A stretch of DNA of 64,000 bases from Leptospira biflexa (GCA_020720805.1 DYNZ01000001.1:46374-110373), one strand, 5' to 3'. Positions 51,516 through 60,352 are shown, counted from the first letter of the stretch. Made by a program: numbers and translations. The notes: generated by a model from the sequence alone, not told the origin.

Positions 51516-52163
51516 TCACGATACCCAGGTTGATGGATTTGAAAGTGCTTTTTTTGAGGTCTGGATTTTTAGATATACCGCGTTCTTTTTTTCTACCGCC
51601 TGCAGGCTCCAATGGGTATCAGCCATCTTTTGCATTTTGGGAAAAAAAGCAGCAAAGGTAGGATGATGATAGGTATGTTTTTCCACCAGTACCAGCGGTA
51701 TGCGCTTTTGCTGTATTAGAGACAGTTTGCCTAGCAGTTTGGTAAGCAGGAATTTACCTTCAGCCGCACCAACATCTCCGTCGAAAAACTGCTTGGTTGG
51801 GCTAAGGATGAAATAGACATACGAACTGCTGTGAGTAAGGATCTCATTCATGGTCGTCAGCAGTTGGTAGGGTGTGAAGTCGCGACGTATCTTGATCCCT
51901 GATAGAATACGGTCAACATCATGACCATGTCGGATAATTTCGTCTGCTAAGGAAAAGATCTGAAAACGGATAGCGCAATCTATCACATATACGGGAATAT
52001 CCTGCATTGCCAGATGGGCAATCCAGAGATGAGCCAGAGAAAAAGCGCCTTTATCTCCACTGAGCAATCCAAGCTCGCGTCGGGAGCATGCATCCATGAT
52101 CTCCGTCGTATGAGACTGAATCGCCACGGGCTTAGTTTGTATTCTCCACATAAGAGCCTCCAT
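51516..52163 (-). CDS. Inactivated RadA/RecA-fold protein (ImuA-analogous)
   Basis: Degenerate P-loop LLSGDKGAFS, VYVIDCAIRF, IKIRRDFTPYQL; no intact Walker A or B. Confidence 0.72.
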   Translation of the reverse strand: MEALMWRIQTKPVAIQSHTTEIMDACSRRELGLLSGDKGAFSLAHLWIAHLAMQDIPVYVIDCAIRFQIFSLADEIIRHGHDVDRILSGIKIRRDFTPYQLLTTMNEILTHSSSYVYFILSPTKQFFDGDVGAAEGKFLLTKLLGKLSLIQQKRIPLVLVEKHTYHHPTFAAFFPKMQKMADTHWSLQAVEKKNAVYLKIQTSKKALSNPSTWVS

Positions 52164-52178
52164 CGGGCATCAATATGT

Positions 52179-52260
52179 CACAATTATCCTGTGTAAACAA
52201 ATAAAAACACAAAAAAATTGTATTTTTGTTGCCTTGGATGTAACAATCATTATTATTGTT
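52179..52260. promoter_or_regulatory. Divergent promoter region with candidate operators
   Basis: CACA-N7-TGTG (52179-52193), CACA-N7-TGTA (52208-52222), AACAAT-N7-ATTGTT (52242-52260). Confidence 0.45.
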
Positions 52261-52262
52261 CT

Positions 52263-53024
52263 ATGAATCATCGATTGAAACAGGCACTTCATGATTTAGG
52301 TGTTAAAAACCGAGAGGCTGCCCAACTTTTTGGTGTTACACCCAACGCAGTCACGGAAACACTTAAGGGGCGTACAAAAAATATTCCCATTGCATGGCTG
52401 CGAATTCTATCTCAAAATTATCAGATTGATATCCACTGGCTAATTACAGGAGAGGGTACTATGTTGCGTCAGCATTCTGCGGCGCAGGATTGTCAGGTAA
52501 CTTCTCTTCTCGATAACCTCCAGGAGGAAGAGCAGGATCTTCTCTTGGAATACCTTTCGTTTCTTCGTTTTCGCAAACGCCAATCAATTCAGGAAAGTGT
52601 GGCGTCTGGGGCTGCCGAGAAAAGCGATTTTATCCATGTTCCGCTATTAGGCCATATAGCTGCAGGTACTCCGATCTTGGCTGATGAAAATTGCGAAGCA
52701 CACCTGCCGATAGCAAAAAAGCTTCTTCCTCGAAAAGGGCGCTATTTTGCACTCCGTGTCCAGGGAGATAGCATGATAGGAGCCGATATCCAGGATGGGG
52801 ATATCGTTTTTTTAGATGCGGACTACTCCTTTTCTCAACTGCGCAATCGTGATATTGTAGCTGTCTTAATTGATCAGGAGGCGACTCTAAAATTCTATAG
52901 CAAAGATCGGAACCAGATTATCCTGCTTCCGGCTAATCCCGCTTACCGTAGTATCAACCTTCAAGAGGAGGATAATCCGTGTATCCTTGGCAAGATGGTA
53001 GGACTTTATCGCCAAAAACAATAA
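52263..53024 (+). CDS. XRE-HTH + S24 peptidase self-cleaving repressor (CI/LexA-like)
   Basis: N-terminal XRE HTH ending IHWLITGEG; VPLLGHIAAG cleavage site, RVQGDSM (Ser), EATLK (Lys). Start MNHRL. Confidence 0.9.
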   Translation: MNHRLKQALHDLGVKNREAAQLFGVTPNAVTETLKGRTKNIPIAWLRILSQNYQIDIHWLITGEGTMLRQHSAAQDCQVTSLLDNLQEEEQDLLLEYLSFLRFRKRQSIQESVASGAAEKSDFIHVPLLGHIAAGTPILADENCEAHLPIAKKLLPRKGRYFALRVQGDSMIGADIQDGDIVFLDADYSFSQLRNRDIVAVLIDQEATLKFYSKDRNQIILLPANPAYRSINLQEEDNPCILGKMVGLYRQKQ

Positions 53025-53033
53025 CCATCTCCG

Positions 53034-53178
53034 AGCGTCGATGCTTTGGCTATTGACTTCTTGCGGAGGGCTCAGCCAACAAGTGGGTATGTCAGTTAAC
53101 GGTCGCTGTGGTACTTGAAGCAGCTGGCACCCAGGGACCGAAGCATCGAGACGCTGGGTGTAGTGGCTCTTGAAGCGG
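53034..53178. repeat. Degenerate REP-like structured element (left copy)
   Basis: CTCAGCCAAC-N19-CGGTCGCTGTGGTACTTGAAGC (53071-53121); GGCTCTTGAAGCGG (53165-53178); imperfect inverted repeat 53034-53049 / 53138-53155. Confidence 0.6.
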
Positions 53179-53263
53179 ATACCAATGAAAATATAAAAGA
53201 AGCAATACCATACAGATTTTGATATGGGTTGACATATAGATGGTTGTATGGTAAATAATATGT

Positions 53264-53452
53264 ATGAAATTTGAAAGGGATAAAGAAAAAAGCCAGATAA
53301 ATCAAGAGAAGCATGGTGTCGGCTTTGATGTGGCGCAGCTTGCATTTCCGGGCAAGCAGAGAATTATTCTACAAGAAAAGTTGCACAGCGATCAAGAAGA
53401 GCGTTTTTATTGCAGTGTAACAAAAATGAATAAGTTTAAAAATGCGTCTTAG
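53264..53452 (+). pseudogene. Truncated BrnT-family toxin
   Basis: MKFERDKEKSQINQEKHGVGF..A..F...HSDQEERF matches the BrnT N-terminus. The C-terminal RIISAR strand and BrnA are absent. Confidence 0.7.
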
Positions 53453-53747
53453 CAAAGGAAATATTACAGCAATTAAAACAGCTCTTCATAAATTTTTTGG
53501 AAATGATATTGAGATATATTTGTTTGGCTCAAGGGTTAATGACCAGGCTAAAGGTGGCGACGTTGATTTATTAATAGAAATCAGCCCTGGTATTACAGAT
53601 GTGCAAAAGAAAAAACTTCAGGCAATAACAGAGATGCAGCTTTCGATAGGAGAACAAAAAATTGATCTGGTTATTTCCTATAAGGGAGATTTGGACAAGC
53701 AGCCATTGGTTGTAAGTATTGCCAAAAAGGAGGGTATATTGCTGTGA
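53442..53747 (+). CDS. Minimal nucleotidyltransferase (MNT) antitoxin
   Basis: IYLFGSRVNDQAKGGDVDLLI, KIDLV. Confidence 0.9.
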   Translation: MRLSKGNITAIKTALHKFFGNDIEIYLFGSRVNDQAKGGDVDLLIEISPGITDVQKKKLQAITEMQLSIGEQKIDLVISYKGDLDKQPLVVSIAKKEGILL

Positions 53748-54223
53748 GTAATTTGGATAGAATAAAGATAGAGTCAGCCTTACAGGAGTGCTCTTCTCAT
53801 GTTCATAAAATAGAGCGCTCTCAAAAATTATTAAAAGAGTTCTTTCCTTTAGCAGAAAAATCTTTAACTGATTTTACCGAAGATAATATTGAACATATCG
53901 ACCAATTTATATACAGGTTTACCAAGTTGCAAGATGCTCTTGGATTAAGATTAATTCCTAGCATTTATAATTTTATTGAAAATGATAATACCCCCAAGCC
54001 TTTTTTAGATATACTGAACCGTCTTGAAAAATTGCAAATCATTCCGGATGTTGAAGAGTGGCAAATGTTTAGAAATTTACGCAATAATTTAGCCCATGAT
54101 TATCCCGGTAGCGCCAGACAAACTGCCGAAACATTAAATCTCCTCTATGGTGAAATTCATAAAATGATTTCCATCTATAAGACTATCTCCAATTATTATT
54201 ATCATCTTATAAATCTACAGTAG
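53744..54223 (+). CDS. HEPN-domain RNase toxin
   Basis: DQFIYRFTKLQD, RNLRNNLAHDY (Rx4HxY); GTGA overlap with the MNT gene. Confidence 0.88.
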   Translation: MSNLDRIKIESALQECSSHVHKIERSQKLLKEFFPLAEKSLTDFTEDNIEHIDQFIYRFTKLQDALGLRLIPSIYNFIENDNTPKPFLDILNRLEKLQIIPDVEEWQMFRNLRNNLAHDYPGSARQTAETLNLLYGEIHKMISIYKTISNYYYHLINLQ

Positions 54224-54262
54224 CAAGAAGTTACTTCGGTTTCTCTCAGTGACGATCTAAAC

Positions 54263-54356
54263 CTGGCCGTTGGCTACGACCCCTGCTGCCAGCGGCCAGT
54301 AGCCTCAGCCAACGAAGAGGAGGCTCGGTCATCGGTCGCTAAGGCTCTTGAAGCGG
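54263..54356. repeat. Hairpin plus degenerate REP-like element (right copy)
   Basis: CTGGCCGTTGGC/GCCAGCGGCCAG stem 54263-54299; CTCAGCCAAC-N19-CGGTCGCTAAGGCTCTTGAAGCGG 54304-54356. Confidence 0.6.
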
Positions 54357-54377
54357 CCGCTTGACCTCCTGTTGTGT

Positions 54378-54713
54378 TTACCGAGAATTTTTCTCTAACA
54401 CTTTTTTTAAATCATCGCAGTTCCAATTTGCCATTCCTTTTTCTTTGGCAATCTGTTGTAATTTTTCATAGGCACCGACAGAGGTGATCTGATTGAGTAC
54501 GGTGGTCATTTCCGGCGATAAGGGCAGTTGCTTAATCTTCTCCACAAATACCATAATCTGATCTTTACTTGGACTGTTATTGTTCAGTTTTTTGGCTACT
54601 GTGCAGATCATATCGAGTTCATTGGTGATATTTTTTCCCTTAAAAAAGGATTGGTATCCAAGATATAGGCCGCCAATGATTGCAGCTAAAATGATCCATT
54701 TGATAAAACGCAT
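54378..54713 (-). CDS. Hypothetical membrane-anchored protein with two Cys
   Basis: N-terminal TM helix, GGAGG RBS, IC...WNC. Confidence 0.65.
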   Translation of the reverse strand: MRFIKWIILAAIIGGLYLGYQSFFKGKNITNELDMICTVAKKLNNNSPSKDQIMVFVEKIKQLPLSPEMTTVLNQITSVGAYEKLQQIAKEKGMANWNCDDLKKVLEKNSR

Positions 54714-54859
54714 AAAATCCTCCTAAATAAAAGATGTACTTTTTTACAAAGATTTCTTCCCAAAAGAAAGCTAACTTTGGTATAAAAAGCCTTCCGTTGG
54801 TCTGATTTGATATTGTAGTAATCAATATTGTTGTAAACCAGTAAATTTGAAGAATAATT

Positions 54860-54887
54860 AAAAAGACCCCGAATTTCTTCGGGGTCT
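54860..54887 (-). terminator. Rho-independent terminator of flaB
   Basis: Minus strand AGACCCCGAA-GAAA-TTCGGGGTCT followed by TTTT. Confidence 0.88.
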
Positions 54888-54917
54888 CTAGCGGTACGGC
54901 GATGGATAGAAAATCCG

Positions 54918-55766
54918 CTATTTCAAGAGAGTTAACACAGACTGTGATTGCTGATTTGCCTGGGCTAGCATTGCTGTCGATGCTTGGTTCAAAATCTGCC
55001 AGCGTACGAAACTGGACATGCGTTCTGCCATGTCAGTGTCGCGGATGCGAGATTCTGAAGCCTGGGTGTTTTCATAGGCATTCATCAATCCTTTAGCTGC
55101 ATGTTCCAAACGGTTGTAGTAGGCACCAAGATCGGCTCTCTGCTTTGAGATAATCCGTAAAGCCTCATCAGCCAGTCCGATAACGGAGTTAGCTTTACCG
55201 GGTGTGGACAGAGAAATAAAGGTTAGAACCGTAGGGTTTCTTAGACCTAACGCGGCTGATGTCATGGTTTCAATATACACACGCTCGCGTTGGTGCATAT
55301 TGGGACCCATGTGGAACCACATGGAAGCCGTTGGATTTAATCGGGCAAAGGCCCCGGTTAATAGCTTTTGTTTGTTAAATTCTGCCTGGCTGGCAATGCG
55401 GTCAATTTCATCAACCAGAGAGGAGACTTCGACCTGGATCTGCTGCCTATCTTCTGGTGTGTAGATACCGTTCGCGGCTTGAACAGCCAAAACGCGAATT
55501 CTCTGTAGAATTTGGTTAGTTTCATCCAGATAACCCTCGGTTGTCTGGATAAAAGACATACCATCTTCCGTATTTCTCTCCGCCTGTCTGAGACCCTGGA
55601 TCTGTGCACGCATCTTTTCTGATACGGCAAGCCCAGAAGCATCATCACCAGCACGGTTGATACGCATACCTGAAGATAGTTTTTCCATATCCTTGTTCAT
55701 CTCCCAGTGTTCAAATTTCAGGGTTCGATGCGCAAAGATAGCACTCACATTATGATTAATAATCAT
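54918..55766 (-). CDS. flaB: Periplasmic flagellar filament core protein FlaB
   Basis: [53 protein letters not shown]; spirochaete type. Confidence 0.97.
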   Translation of the reverse strand: MIINHNVSAIFAHRTLKFEHWEMNKDMEKLSSGMRINRAGDDASGLAVSEKMRAQIQGLRQAERNTEDGMSFIQTTEGYLDETNQILQRIRVLAVQAANGIYTPEDRQQIQVEVSSLVDEIDRIASQAEFNKQKLLTGAFARLNPTASMWFHMGPNMHQRERVYIETMTSAALGLRNPTVLTFISLSTPGKANSVIGLADEALRIISKQRADLGAYYNRLEHAAKGLMNAYENTQASESRIRDTDMAERMSSFVRWQILNQASTAMLAQANQQSQSVLTLLK

Positions 55767-55769
55767 CTC

Positions 55770-55862
55770 TTCCTCCTTGAAGCTTAGCCCTCGCCTTCCT
55801 TGGTGAGGGGGATTGAAAATCTGTTTCCAAAAATATCTTCGGCCTGAATTGAAAATTGCTGA
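55770..55862 (-). promoter_or_regulatory. flaB sigma28-like promoter and CsrA-type leader sites
   Basis: TCAG-N15-GCCGAAGA (55862-55836); leader hairpin CCCTCACC-AAGGAA-GGCGAGGG; CAAGGAGG over the RBS. Confidence 0.6.
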
Positions 55863-56006
55863 ATAAAAAAATTCAGCTTTTGGGAAATAACCTTTAGGGG
55901 AATTAGGTTTGACATGCCTGCGGTTTCAGTATAGAAAAATTTGATATTGATCTGTCGTGCGCCGATGCTACCATCAGGCGTTCATTTTTTTTAAGGTGAT
56001 AGAAGT

Positions 56007-58028
56007 ATGGTAAAAAGTGATTCTGCGATTTTTTTCAAAAGGTATTTTTCTGGTCTCAACATTGGCCTTTTCTTTTTATTGCTGTTTTTTTTAAGTAAGG
56101 CAGGCGAAGCACAGACAGTTACACCGGCAGAAAAAAAACAGAATGATTCTGAAGTAAACCGTTCTGAAAGCTCTCGGCCGGAGTCTATCAATGTAAATCG
56201 GTCTCCCCGAGTGCTCTATTTCCTGGGCTATGCTGCGGAAAAAGCCGGAGATTTACCAAAAGCGTTGGTTTATTATGAAGCGGCCATCCAGAAAAAACCG
56301 GATGCCAATACCGTAGCAAGATCAGCCCGGGTTTATTTAAAATTGGGAAGAGTTGACGACGCTGAGAGAGCCGCAAAGCAAAGTATCCAGATCAGCAATA
56401 CTCTGGAGTTGCCTTTTTTTATATTAGCAGATATTGCTCAAAGCAGGAAAGATCTTGAGTTGGTGTTAACTTACTACAATGAGATTTTGCGTATCAATTT
56501 TGACAATACCGAAGCTCACCTGTATCTTGCCACCTACTTTGTAAATCTTCAAAAATGGCCTAAAGCGAGCAGGCACTATTTTCATATTCTTGATGTCGCT
56601 TCCAGAAAGGAAATTTCGCAAAATACATTGCTGTATACCTATTATGCCCTTGGCACAAATTTTCAAAAAGAGGGAAATAATGCCATTGCTGTTCGTTACC
56701 TGGAGCGGGCTTTTCATTTAAACCCTGGAAGTATGCGCATTGCATTGCAACTTGCTGATTTATACTACCAATCCAATGACTATCGATCAGCCCTGGGAAA
56801 GTATGAGCTGGTTTTCTCTTATTATTCGGGCAACTACAATATCGCAACCAGAATCGCCGAGTTGCATTTTTTATTGGATGAGGATTATCTGGTAAAAAAA
56901 TATTTGGAAAAGGCCAAATATTATAAGTTCAAAGGCGGAAAAAATTTGGCCCAATCCAACTGGGTCGATTATACTCCGGATATGATTCGTGGTTTTGAAC
57001 TTTACTATCAGGGGAAGTGGCAGGATGCCAGAAATATTTTTTTGAAAGTGTTGAAGGGGAACTATAGAAATGTTGCTGTTCATTATGCTTTAACCCATAT
57101 TTTTCGCAAATTGCAGGATAAACCTCGCTTGCAGCACGCATTGTTTACAACAGCATTGTTGATGGCACAGGGAAAGCACATTTATGTGGCTGAGAGATTT
57201 TATGGGGAATTGATTCGTATGGACGAAAAAAATCCCAAATATCTCTATTATCTGGCACGTTTACTCGAAAGGAAGCAAGAGAATTATAGAGCTATTTTAT
57301 TGATAAAAAAATTGCAGAGTCTGGTTCCTGATAATATTCAATACCCTATGCATCTGGCCTATTTGTATATCTTAACAGACCAGCAGGAAAAGGCATTGAT
57401 CCTGCTTGATAAAATAATAACCAATCAACCGAAAAATGCTCATGCCTATTTCCTCAAAGGTTTCCTCTGGTATCGGTATCGCAATTACAAAGAGGCTTCT
57501 CGCAACTTTCAGGAGGCGACAGCACTGAAGCCATCCGCTGTCTATTTTTACCATTTAGCCGCAGCTCAGGAGCGTGAAAAAAAATTAAAGGAGGCGATGA
57601 TATCAGCGCGCAGAGCTATTGAGTTGGATCCTAGAGATAGTAGGAGTTACAATTTTCTTGGCTATCTTTACGCTGATTACAACCAGAATCTGGATGAGGC
57701 AATTGAATTGATTTATACTGCTTTGGAGCAGGATCCTGAGAATGCCGCATATCAGGACTCTCTGGGTTGGGCCTTTTTTAGAAAAGGAGATCTTGACAAG
57801 GCTCATCATCATATAAATCTATCCATAAAGTATTTTCAATTGCAGGAACAGCAGGATCCTGTCGCCTATGACCATTTGGGTGATGTACTACTCAAGCAGG
57901 GGCGGCTTGATGAGGCGGTGCGCGCATGGAAGAAGGGATTGGCCTTGTATCAAAAAAATACTATTGCTGAGGATCGATTGGAAATGATAGATAAACTGCA
58001 GAAAAAAATAGAAAATTACGGTAAATAG
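56007..58028 (+). CDS. Exported multi-TPR protein
   Basis: Many TPRs; YNFLGYLYAD...DPENAAYQDSLGWAFF...DHLGDV. Confidence 0.9.
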   Translation: MVKSDSAIFFKRYFSGLNIGLFFLLLFFLSKAGEAQTVTPAEKKQNDSEVNRSESSRPESINVNRSPRVLYFLGYAAEKAGDLPKALVYYEAAIQKKPDANTVARSARVYLKLGRVDDAERAAKQSIQISNTLELPFFILADIAQSRKDLELVLTYYNEILRINFDNTEAHLYLATYFVNLQKWPKASRHYFHILDVASRKEISQNTLLYTYYALGTNFQKEGNNAIAVRYLERAFHLNPGSMRIALQLADLYYQSNDYRSALGKYELVFSYYSGNYNIATRIAELHFLLDEDYLVKKYLEKAKYYKFKGGKNLAQSNWVDYTPDMIRGFELYYQGKWQDARNIFLKVLKGNYRNVAVHYALTHIFRKLQDKPRLQHALFTTALLMAQGKHIYVAERFYGELIRMDEKNPKYLYYLARLLERKQENYRAILLIKKLQSLVPDNIQYPMHLAYLYILTDQQEKALILLDKIITNQPKNAHAYFLKGFLWYRYRNYKEASRNFQEATALKPSAVYFYHLAAAQEREKKLKEAMISARRAIELDPRDSRSYNFLGYLYADYNQNLDEAIELIYTALEQDPENAAYQDSLGWAFFRKGDLDKAHHHINLSIKYFQLQEQQDPVAYDHLGDVLLKQGRLDEAVRAWKKGLALYQKNTIAEDRLEMIDKLQKKIENYGK

Positions 58029-58136
58029 TTATACCTATTTTTCATTTTTATGCGTAGATATTCTTGCTGTTTTTATGGACTACTGGTAGTTCTGTCAGAC
58101 ATTGAAGGATAGCCTTATGCTCAGGATTAATAACCG

Positions 58137-58895
58137 ATGATAAAAGTGGAATCTCTGAAATTTGTTGTTATTTTACTCTTTTTTTGTCTTTTCTGGAGCC
58201 AGGCTAAGGCTCAGGATGCCCATCCCAAAAAAGGATTTGCCGATCCGTCTGAATTTGTGTTATTTCTGCAAAACCATAATCAGGAGATTTCCAGCTATCT
58301 TGCCGGGATTTCTACATCGGGAAATTTAAATAGAAATAACTTTAAAGCGCTTGGGTATGTTTGGGCGGATCATAAACTCGATTTTTTTAAACTAAAATTT
58401 GTTGATTTGGTATTTAAATCTCCGATTTCTATCTTCTTAAAAAAGGGTGATAAGGTTTACCTCTCCTACCCCCCGCAGAAGCACCGCCTCGAAACTACTG
58501 TTGAAAAATTTCAGCCAATGTATGAGGCAGGAATCCCTCTAGGTGCGGATCTACTTGTTCCGCTATTAAAAGGACACTTTTTTATTCCCCCTGTCATCGT
58601 CTCTTCTGAACGTCTACCTGTGGCGGGTAAGGATCAGGAGAAATTTCGACTTTTGGGGCAGAGATATGATGTTGATTATCTTGTTTCCGGGAAAGATCCG
58701 GTTCTTTTCCTCATAACTGTAAAGAAGACAGGTCAAAAAGTGATGTTTGTTTACCAAAATTACAGGCAGTATGGAATGGTAAAATTGCCAGGTTGGATAA
58801 AAGTTCAGACTTTGGGAAGTGGAAATTTTATTATAATACAACTACTTTGGCTACGAATCAATGCGCCGGTTCCAAATATCTGGTATCTTGGCTGA
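58137..58895 (+). CDS. Exported hypothetical protein (LolB/DUF4292-like fold possible)
   Basis: Signal peptide, beta-rich, follows the TPR gene. Confidence 0.45.
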   Translation: MIKVESLKFVVILLFFCLFWSQAKAQDAHPKKGFADPSEFVLFLQNHNQEISSYLAGISTSGNLNRNNFKALGYVWADHKLDFFKLKFVDLVFKSPISIFLKKGDKVYLSYPPQKHRLETTVEKFQPMYEAGIPLGADLLVPLLKGHFFIPPVIVSSERLPVAGKDQEKFRLLGQRYDVDYLVSGKDPVLFLITVKKTGQKVMFVYQNYRQYGMVKLPGWIKVQTLGSGNFIIIQLLWLRINAPVPNIWYLG

Positions 58896-58919
58896 AAAAT
58901 ATTTCATCAGGAAAGTGAT

Positions 58920-59936
58920 ATGAAACAGTTATTGAGCGAACATGAGATGAGGAAAATTCTTGATCTTGCTTTGAAAAAGCAGATGGATGCTGATAAAAAT
59001 ATGCAGGGTAAAGTGTATGTGGATCATCTGCGAGACGCTGCGGGTAAAATGGGAATTTCCGGGAAAGAGCTGAATCAGGCAATTGACGGGTATTTTCAGG
59101 AAAAGTCCGAAAAAAAGAGAAAACTGATTCGTTTGGGTATTGCAGGGGTAGTGGTTCTTGGACTTTTTTTGCTCTATTTCTGGCTGAGTCGGCCACAGAC
59201 CTACAAAAACCCAATTCGGGTAGTGCTGGCCCATAAATTAAAGGCAGACCATAATCCCGTTAAAGAGTCTAACCGATTTGGACTTAATCAGGAAAAAATT
59301 TATCTACATATTACATGGCTTGATATTAAAAAGGGTAAGTACTCTGTAAAATATCGTTGGATTGACCCAAAGGGCAAAATGATATTTTTCGATTCCTACC
59401 AGCTGACTCCAGATGGGCCAAATTATCGATCCTGGTCATATTATACTCCTAAAAATATTGATTTACCAGGCAAATGGCAGATTGAAGTCACCCTTGATAA
59501 TAAAAAGGTAGGAATATTTGCCTTTACAATGGAAAAGGAGCTGTCGCAAACTATTTTATTGCAAGAATCGACCTTTGCCTATAAAGGTGAGTTTAAGGCG
59601 GTTTATGCCAAAGAGGTAAAAGATAATAATCCTGTTAATCAGGTATTGCAGATAAAACTTGGTGAAACTGTTACAGCCCATATAAAGTGGTTTGATATCA
59701 AAGGGGCGCATATAGCGCGCTGGCGATGGATCCATGAATCTGGTGAACTTGAAAGTGTTGAGACTCTGGATTTTAATCCAAGCGGCACATCAAATTGGGG
59801 AGAAAAGGCATCGGTTGGAAAAACCTGGAATACCTGGGATCCTTATACACCAAAGAAAAAAGGGAAATATACAACAGAAATTTTTCTTGATGATGCCTAT
59901 GTGACAACCCTAAACTTGGATGTTGTCGCTCCATAA
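58920..59936 (+). CDS. Bitopic membrane protein with two tandem Ig-like domains
   Basis: Helical N-terminus, TM helix, duplicated YK..NPV..H.W.DIK..RWI..YTPK..GK..LD unit. Confidence 0.65.
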   Translation: MKQLLSEHEMRKILDLALKKQMDADKNMQGKVYVDHLRDAAGKMGISGKELNQAIDGYFQEKSEKKRKLIRLGIAGVVVLGLFLLYFWLSRPQTYKNPIRVVLAHKLKADHNPVKESNRFGLNQEKIYLHITWLDIKKGKYSVKYRWIDPKGKMIFFDSYQLTPDGPNYRSWSYYTPKNIDLPGKWQIEVTLDNKKVGIFAFTMEKELSQTILLQESTFAYKGEFKAVYAKEVKDNNPVNQVLQIKLGETVTAHIKWFDIKGAHIARWRWIHESGELESVETLDFNPSGTSNWGEKASVGKTWNTWDPYTPKKKGKYTTEIFLDDAYVTTLNLDVVAP

Positions 59937-60007
59937 TTTGGGTCAGGAATTAGAGTTATATCAAACGAAGATTTTTTTTTCAATCTATAAAAACCAAGGA
60001 GATTAAC

Positions 60008-60352
60008 ATGAAAGAATCTTTTCAGGCGATGCTGAAAAATTATCGTAAAACCAGTTTTAAGATGTATCATGAGCACAAAGATGTTCGTAACCAACTGCTT
60101 GCAGAGGCCAAAAATCTTGCAAAGGAACAGTTGAGTCAAAAATTTCAATATACCTTTCATAAAGATCCAACGGAAGAGCGCGCTGAAATTTTTAACATGA
60201 TCTACAATTTTACCACTGAGGCGTTACTGCCTCCCATTCTTGAAAAGATTAACGAAAGAATAGTCATTCTTGAAAAACGCCACGAAATGTTATTGAATAT
60301 GGTAGTTGAAGCACTTGAAGTATTATCAGAAGAAAAACAGGTTCGAAGTTAG
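60008..60352 (+). CDS. Hypothetical helical protein
   Basis: 114 aa with AAGGAG RBS; no motif recognised. Confidence 0.65.
   Translation: MKESFQAMLKNYRKTSFKMYHEHKDVRNQLLAEAKNLAKEQLSQKFQYTFHKDPTEERAEIFNMIYNFTTEALLPPILEKINERIVILEKRHEMLLNMVVEALEVLSEEKQVRS

Noticed and set aside
51265-51612. N-terminal 116 aa of the 917-aa PolB ORF call
   Set aside because: It overlaps two better-supported genes in other frames; PolB-like sequence begins near MMLSNT (51264).
52263-53024. Prophage or canonical lexA
   Set aside because: No phage structural, replication or integrase genes nearby; the N-terminal domain is XRE-type, not a LexA winged helix.
52887-53345. Minus-strand ORFs of 152 aa and 72 aa
   Set aside because: Antisense to the repressor and the BrnT relic and spanning repeat DNA; no motifs.
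53034-54356. CRISPR array or integron attC interpretation of the flanking repeats
   Set aside because: Only two or three degenerate copies 1.2 kb apart, no regular spacers, no cas or intI gene, and no clean RYYYAAC/GTTRRRY pair.
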